Assembly (NCBI GenBank): GCA_964522515.1 | Contig: CAZFWC010000003.1 | Span: forward strand, 1-52,691 | Direction of reading: 5' to 3' | DNA: 52,691 nt | From: an uncultured Gammaproteobacteria bacterium | GTDB taxonomy: Bacteria > Patescibacteriota > Patescibacteriia > UBA2196 | Notes under the pieces: generated by a model | Database searches by the model: none | What the model saw: only the letters and a program-made list of their open reading frames with translations | What the model was told of the DNA's origin: nothing | Shown: positions 48,779-52,691 of the stretch, in pieces | Layout of the letters: each line of letters begins with the position of its first letter | Numbering within the stretch: the first letter of the stretch is position 1 | Made by a program: the position numbers and the translations under genes

Positions 48779-49222
48779 CTATTTTTTGCAAACTTCAATA
48801 ATCAAATTAATTTTTTTATCTTTTATTTTTAAATTTAATTTGTGCTCACCAATTTTTTTTAAATGTTCTTTAATTTTAATTTTGTAATTACTCAAATCAA
48901 CTTTAAAATTATTTTTAACAGCTAACAAAATTTCGTCTTGAGAAATTGAGGCAAAAAGTTTTCCTTTTTCAGACGCTTGTTTTAAAATTTTAATTTTTTT
49001 ATTATTTATTTTTTTAATTATATTTTCTAAATTATCTGTTAATTGAATTTTCTTTTTTTGAATTTTCTGATTTTCTTTTTCTAATTCTTTTATTTTTTTT
49101 GGCGTAGCTAAAACCGCAATTTTTTGCGGAATTAAAAAATTCATTGCATAACCACTTTTTACTTCAATAATATTTCCTGAATTTCCAAGTTTTTTTATAT
49201 TTTTTAGTAAAATCAGTTTCAT
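48779..49222 (-). CDS. rplI: 50S ribosomal protein L9
   Basis: 147 aa. MKLILLKNIKKLGNSGNIIEVKSGYAMNFLIPQKIA. Confidence 0.9.
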   Translation of the reverse strand: MKLILLKNIKKLGNSGNIIEVKSGYAMNFLIPQKIAVLATPKKIKELEKENQKIQKKKIQLTDNLENIIKKINNKKIKILKQASEKGKLFASISQDEILLAVKNNFKVDLSNYKIKIKEHLKKIGEHKLNLKIKDKKINLIIEVCKK

Positions 49223-49257
49223 AAAGAATTAAGAAATTAAGAAAGGAGAAATTGAGG
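49223..49257. repeat. Purine-rich word repeat (AAGAAWT)n in the rplI 5' region
   Basis: AAAGAATTAAGAAATTAAGAAAGGAGAAATTGAGG, between the rplI start and the ctpA stop. Confidence 0.6.
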
Positions 49258-49297
49258 TTAAATCAAAATTTTAGCAAAGCTAGAATTTTAATAGTCC

Positions 49298-50608
49298 TTA
49301 ATTTTTTAATTTCTCACTTTCTCCTAATATTTCAATTGCTTTTTCAAGTTGTGGATCTTTTTCATTTTTAAAATCTTCTTCAGTTAAATCAATAATTTCA
49401 TCTGGTTCAATTCCAACTGAATCAATTTGTCGGTTATTTGGAGTTAGCCATCGCGCAATTGTTAATTTAATTGCTGAACCATCTGAAAAATTGCGTAAAG
49501 TTTGCACAGAACCTTTTCCAAAAGTTTTCATTCCAATTATTGTCGCAATTTTATAATCTTGCAAAGCGCCTGCAACAATTTCTGAAGCTGACGCAGAACC
49601 TTGATTAACCAAAACAACAGTTGGATAATTTTTTAATTGAGCTTGACCGTTTGCTAAATATTGTTTTTTGTCGCCAGTAGCTGATTCTTCTTGCACAACT
49701 GTTTTTCCAATCTCCAACCAATACGAAGCAATTGTAACTGAACGATCCAAATAACCACCAGGATTATTTCGTAAATCTAAAATCACGCCTTTTGGATTTT
49801 GTAAAATTATTTCGTTCACTGCTTGTTTAAATCTTGCGTCAGTGTCGTGGTTAAAATTTGTTATTTTAATGTAACCAATATTATTTTCTTTTATCTCCCA
49901 TTTAACGCTTACTATTTTAATTTCATCACGAATAATTGTAATCTCGTGGAATTGATTGTCACTTTCTCTGTAAATTTTTAAAACAACTGGTGTTCCTTTT
50001 TCTCCTCTAATTTTTAAAACAGCGTCGTTTAAAGAAATTCCCTGTGTGTTTTCTTTATTAATTTCAACAACTCTGTCTTTTGGTTTTAGTCCGGCTTTTT
50101 CTGCTGGTGATTCTGACAAAGGAGAAATAATTGTTAAAACACTGTCTCGAATTCCAATTTCCGCTCCAATTCCTTCAAACTTTCCTTTTAAATCATCTTG
50201 AAATTCTTTTGCTGGTTCAGGAGTTAAAAAAACAGAATAAGGATCTTTTAATGCTGAAACTAAACCGCTGGTTGCTCCGTAAAGCAATTTTGTTTCACCG
50301 ACTGGTTTGTCAATATATTCATTTTGAATTGTGTTCCAAACTTCCCAAAACAAACTAAAATTTACATCTTTTTTAAAATACTCTGGCAAATTTGTGTTTT
50401 TATCATTTACTTTTCCAAATTCTTCTCCGTTTTGAATTACTGTTTCTGGTTCTGTTACAACAGTTAATTTTCCTTGTTTTTTACCAATTAAAATTCCAGC
50501 CCCAAACGAAATAATTAATAAAATTACAACAAAATACAAAACAAATGGTTTTTTTAACCACGCAAATTTATTTTTATTTTCTATTTTTTCTATAAAGTTA
50601 TTTTCCAT
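49298..50608 (-). CDS. ctpA: S41-family carboxyl-terminal processing protease with PDZ domain
   Basis: GVILDLRNNPGGYL and NQGSASASEIVAGALQD (catalytic Ser) plus a PDZ (SPAEKAGLKPKD). The ATG at 50608 lies 7 nt after TGaTATAAT. The ORF-track GTG start at 50653 sits inside a terminator hairpin. Confidence 0.88.
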   Translation of the reverse strand: MENNFIEKIENKNKFAWLKKPFVLYFVVILLIISFGAGILIGKKQGKLTVVTEPETVIQNGEEFGKVNDKNTNLPEYFKKDVNFSLFWEVWNTIQNEYIDKPVGETKLLYGATSGLVSALKDPYSVFLTPEPAKEFQDDLKGKFEGIGAEIGIRDSVLTIISPLSESPAEKAGLKPKDRVVEINKENTQGISLNDAVLKIRGEKGTPVVLKIYRESDNQFHEITIIRDEIKIVSVKWEIKENNIGYIKITNFNHDTDARFKQAVNEIILQNPKGVILDLRNNPGGYLDRSVTIASYWLEIGKTVVQEESATGDKKQYLANGQAQLKNYPTVVLVNQGSASASEIVAGALQDYKIATIIGMKTFGKGSVQTLRNFSDGSAIKLTIARWLTPNNRQIDSVGIEPDEIIDLTEEDFKNEKDPQLEKAIEILGESEKLKN

Positions 50609-50615
50609 TGTTTTT

Positions 50616-50624
50616 ATTATATCA
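50616..50624 (-). promoter_or_regulatory. extended -10 (TGaTATAAT) 7 nt before the ctpA ATG at 50608 (leaderless arrangement)
   Basis: Minus strand reads TGATATAAT-AAAAACA-ATG. Confidence 0.5.
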
Positions 50625-50631
50625 CACAATT

Positions 50632-50666
50632 TAAAAAATAAAAAAGCCGCCACGCAATTGTGACGG
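50632..50666 (-). terminator. intrinsic terminator after gene 50713-51153
   Basis: Minus strand reads CCGTCAC-AATTGC-GTGGCGG followed by CTTTTTTATTTTTT. Confidence 0.65.
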
Positions 50667-50712
50667 ATTAAATTTGTTAAAAAAATTAAATTTCAATTCT
50701 AGAAGATGTGCG

Positions 50713-51153
50713 TCAAATTGGCAAATCTTTATGAAGTGTATCATCTTTTTTTGCCATAAAAAGATAAGGGACTGGTCTAACTGGTCTATCGTGTAAAGAC
50801 CATTTATGAATTTCATTTTTAAATTTCAAATGAAATTTGCCAATACGATCGAAAACAATTATTTGATCATTGTCTTCTAATGAATCCAAAAAATAAAAAA
50901 TTTCTTCTGCTTTTCCATAATAATAATTATGATATTTTTTGACAAAAAATAAAACCACGAGTGTAATAATTGCCAAAAATAAAAACTCCAAATCAATTGG
51001 TGAAGAAAAATGTTTTACAATCACAGAAATTACTAACAGTCCAAGAAAACACAAAAAAAATACATACAATATTTTGTCTTTGTATCTTGGCGTTTGAACG
51101 AAATTCATATATTCTAACTCTTTTTCAGAATAAAATTTTTCCTTTTTTTTCAT
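50713..51153 (-). CDS. hypothetical two-TM membrane protein
   Basis: 146 aa. AAGGAGGA RBS upstream and a terminator hairpin downstream. Confidence 0.6.
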   Translation of the reverse strand: MKKKEKFYSEKELEYMNFVQTPRYKDKILYVFFLCFLGLLVISVIVKHFSSPIDLEFLFLAIITLVVLFFVKKYHNYYYGKAEEIFYFLDSLEDNDQIIVFDRIGKFHLKFKNEIHKWSLHDRPVRPVPYLFMAKKDDTLHKDLPI

Positions 51154-51270
51154 TTTTAAATCCTCCTTGATAATTTGATTTTTAATGATTTTTTTGGTAA
51201 ATTAATTATGTACAAACCTTACAAAATTTTTAAAAAAATGTCAAATTTAAATTGTATTGTTCAAAATATA

Positions 51271-51317
51271 ACGGGATCCCATCACCCCTAACAACCTTAA
51301 AAGTCGTTCGGGATGAC
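51271..51317 (+). repeat. Family-4 element
   Basis: ACGGGATCCCATCACCCCTAACAACCTTAAAAGTCGTTCGGGATGAC, 12 nt before the ATG at 51330. Confidence 0.85.
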
Positions 51318-51329
51318 ACCTTTAAAAAA

Positions 51330-52643
51330 ATGACCCTACTTCATCGCAGAATTTTATATTCTTTATTTTTTCTTGTATTTTTTATCACAGCGCCAATTGT
51401 AATTTTGTGGGCGCAAGGATACAGATACAATTTTAGCCAACATTGTTTGCAAAAAACAGGTGTTTTATTTTTAGAATCAAAACCTTCAAAAGCTAATATA
51501 TTTTTAAATAAAAAATTGCAAAACGAAACAACAACAGCGCGATTAAAAAATCTTTTACCAGATGATTATTTTGTTGAAGTTAAAAAAGACAATTTTCAAA
51601 CTTGGCAAAAAAATTTAAAAGTTAATGAAAGTCAAACAACTTTTGCGCAATACATTAGATTGTTTAAACAAAATCCAAAAATTGAAAATATTTTTTCAGA
51701 AAAAATTATTCAAACAAGCGAAAAAATAAATGATAATTTAGCGATTATCTATGAAAAAGACAAACAAAATCATTTAGGAATTTTAAATTTTGAAAATCAA
51801 AATTTAACTGAATTAACTTTGCTTAATTTTACTCCTGAAAAAATTATTTTATCACAGGATTCATTATTTATTTTATTAATTACTTCTTTTAATGAAAATT
51901 TAATTTTTGATGTTAAAAATAAAAAAATAATTGATTTAACAAAAATTACTAAGCAAAATATAAAAAAAATAAATTGGTTTAAAAATAATGAAGATGAAAT
52001 TATTTATATTCAAACCAATAATAGTTTACTTGAATCAAATTTAATTTCTAATAAATCAATTGTTTTAATTAGTCAACCAATTTTAGATTTTTATTTAATA
52101 AATAATTCTATTTTTTGGTTGCAGAAAACTTCTTCACAAATTTTATTAAACAAAGTTGAATTAAATAATTTAAAAAATATCCAAACTATTTCAACTTTGC
52201 CAATTTCAGATAGTTATGAATTTCAAAAAACCCCTGAAACACATTTATCACTTTTAGATAAAAATAATAATATTTTTTATTTAATTGATATTAAAGACAA
52301 CACAAAACAGATATTTCCAGAAATAAATTATATGAGTTGGTCGCCAAATAATAAAAATATTTTATTAATTAATGATTTTGAAATTATTGTTTTTGATTTA
52401 GAAAAACAAGAAAAAAATTTAATTGTTAGGTTAAGTAATAAAATTTTACAGACTTTTTGGTATCCTGTTTCAACTCATATTATTTATTTAACAAATGAAA
52501 ATATTAAAGCTGTTGAAAATATTAGTGATGAAAAACAATTTAATATTTTAGTTAACCAAAAAAATATTCAACAATTTTTTATTTTTAATAAAAACAAAAT
52601 TTATTTTATAAATGAGCAAGGAATAAATTCCGCTGAAATATAG
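51330..52643 (+). CDS. TM-anchored PEGA-domain protein with beta-propeller-like C-terminal region
   Basis: Start at MTLLHRRILY; earlier codons lie in repeat 51271-51317. PEGA-like segment: SKPSKANIFLNKKLQNETTTARLKNLLPDDYFVEVKKDNFQTWQKNLKV. TolB/WD40-like repeats follow (SWSPNNKNILLI). Confidence 0.6.
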   Translation: MTLLHRRILYSLFFLVFFITAPIVILWAQGYRYNFSQHCLQKTGVLFLESKPSKANIFLNKKLQNETTTARLKNLLPDDYFVEVKKDNFQTWQKNLKVNESQTTFAQYIRLFKQNPKIENIFSEKIIQTSEKINDNLAIIYEKDKQNHLGILNFENQNLTELTLLNFTPEKIILSQDSLFILLITSFNENLIFDVKNKKIIDLTKITKQNIKKINWFKNNEDEIIYIQTNNSLLESNLISNKSIVLISQPILDFYLINNSIFWLQKTSSQILLNKVELNNLKNIQTISTLPISDSYEFQKTPETHLSLLDKNNNIFYLIDIKDNTKQIFPEINYMSWSPNNKNILLINDFEIIVFDLEKQEKNLIVRLSNKILQTFWYPVSTHIIYLTNENIKAVENISDEKQFNILVNQKNIQQFFIFNKNKIYFINEQGINSAEI

Positions 52644-52691
52644 CACTCGCATTTTAAATCCAACCAAACAATCTTTTAAACTTAATTGAAC

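Noticed and set aside
1-52691. Mobile genetic element genes (transposase, integrase, RAYT, phage genes), rRNA, tRNA and tmRNA.
   Set aside because: No translation in any listed ORF shows DDE, tyrosine or serine recombinase, or HUH motifs. No GC-rich 70-90-nt cloverleaf candidates appear in the intergenic regions. The repeats therefore appear non-autonomous within this window.

Overview
This is a strongly AT-rich, gene-dense bacterial window. GC content was not computed. The gene content looks like a reduced, Patescibacteria/CPR-like genome, but that placement is inference only. About 60 CDS are supported. They include cell-wall genes (ddl, a Mur ligase, FemX-like, WecA/MraY-like), cysS, corA and a short alaS. 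There is a ribosomal/RNAP operon: infA-rpmJ-rpsM-rpsK-rpsD-rpoA-rplQ-rplM-rpsI. Also present are ruvA, ruvX, recR, ybaB, dnaB, secDF, tsaB, an Fe-S trio (nifS/nfu/iscU), rpmA, rplI, rplU and ctpA. A type IV pilus block runs pilC, two pilin-like genes, a PilX-like gene, then pilM, pilN and pilO. No rRNA, tRNA, CRISPR array, transposase or integrase was seen. Three things stand out. (1) Several families of modular GC-rich palindromic repeats are present. One family fills intergenic spacers exactly from stop codon to start codon and supplies an SD-like sequence paired to an anti-SD-like arm. Fragments of the same modules sit in-frame inside conserved genes (alaS, recR, a pseudouridine synthase, a pilin leader, cysS, a GT-C enzyme, FemX), which recalls Rickettsia palindromic elements. 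(2) Two paralogous membrane-anchored TraD/VirD4-like P-loop ATPase modules occur, one fused (859 aa) and one split (478+597 aa). The split pair sits next to a sigma-region-4/HARE-HTH protein. (3) Several housekeeping proteins have unusual architectures: SecD with an embedded parvulin-like segment, RpoA without an alpha-CTD, and a truncated AlaRS. Many genes also look leaderless, with an extended -10 box 6-7 nt before the start codon. All calls come from reading the sequence and ORF translations by eye. No searches or folding programs were run.
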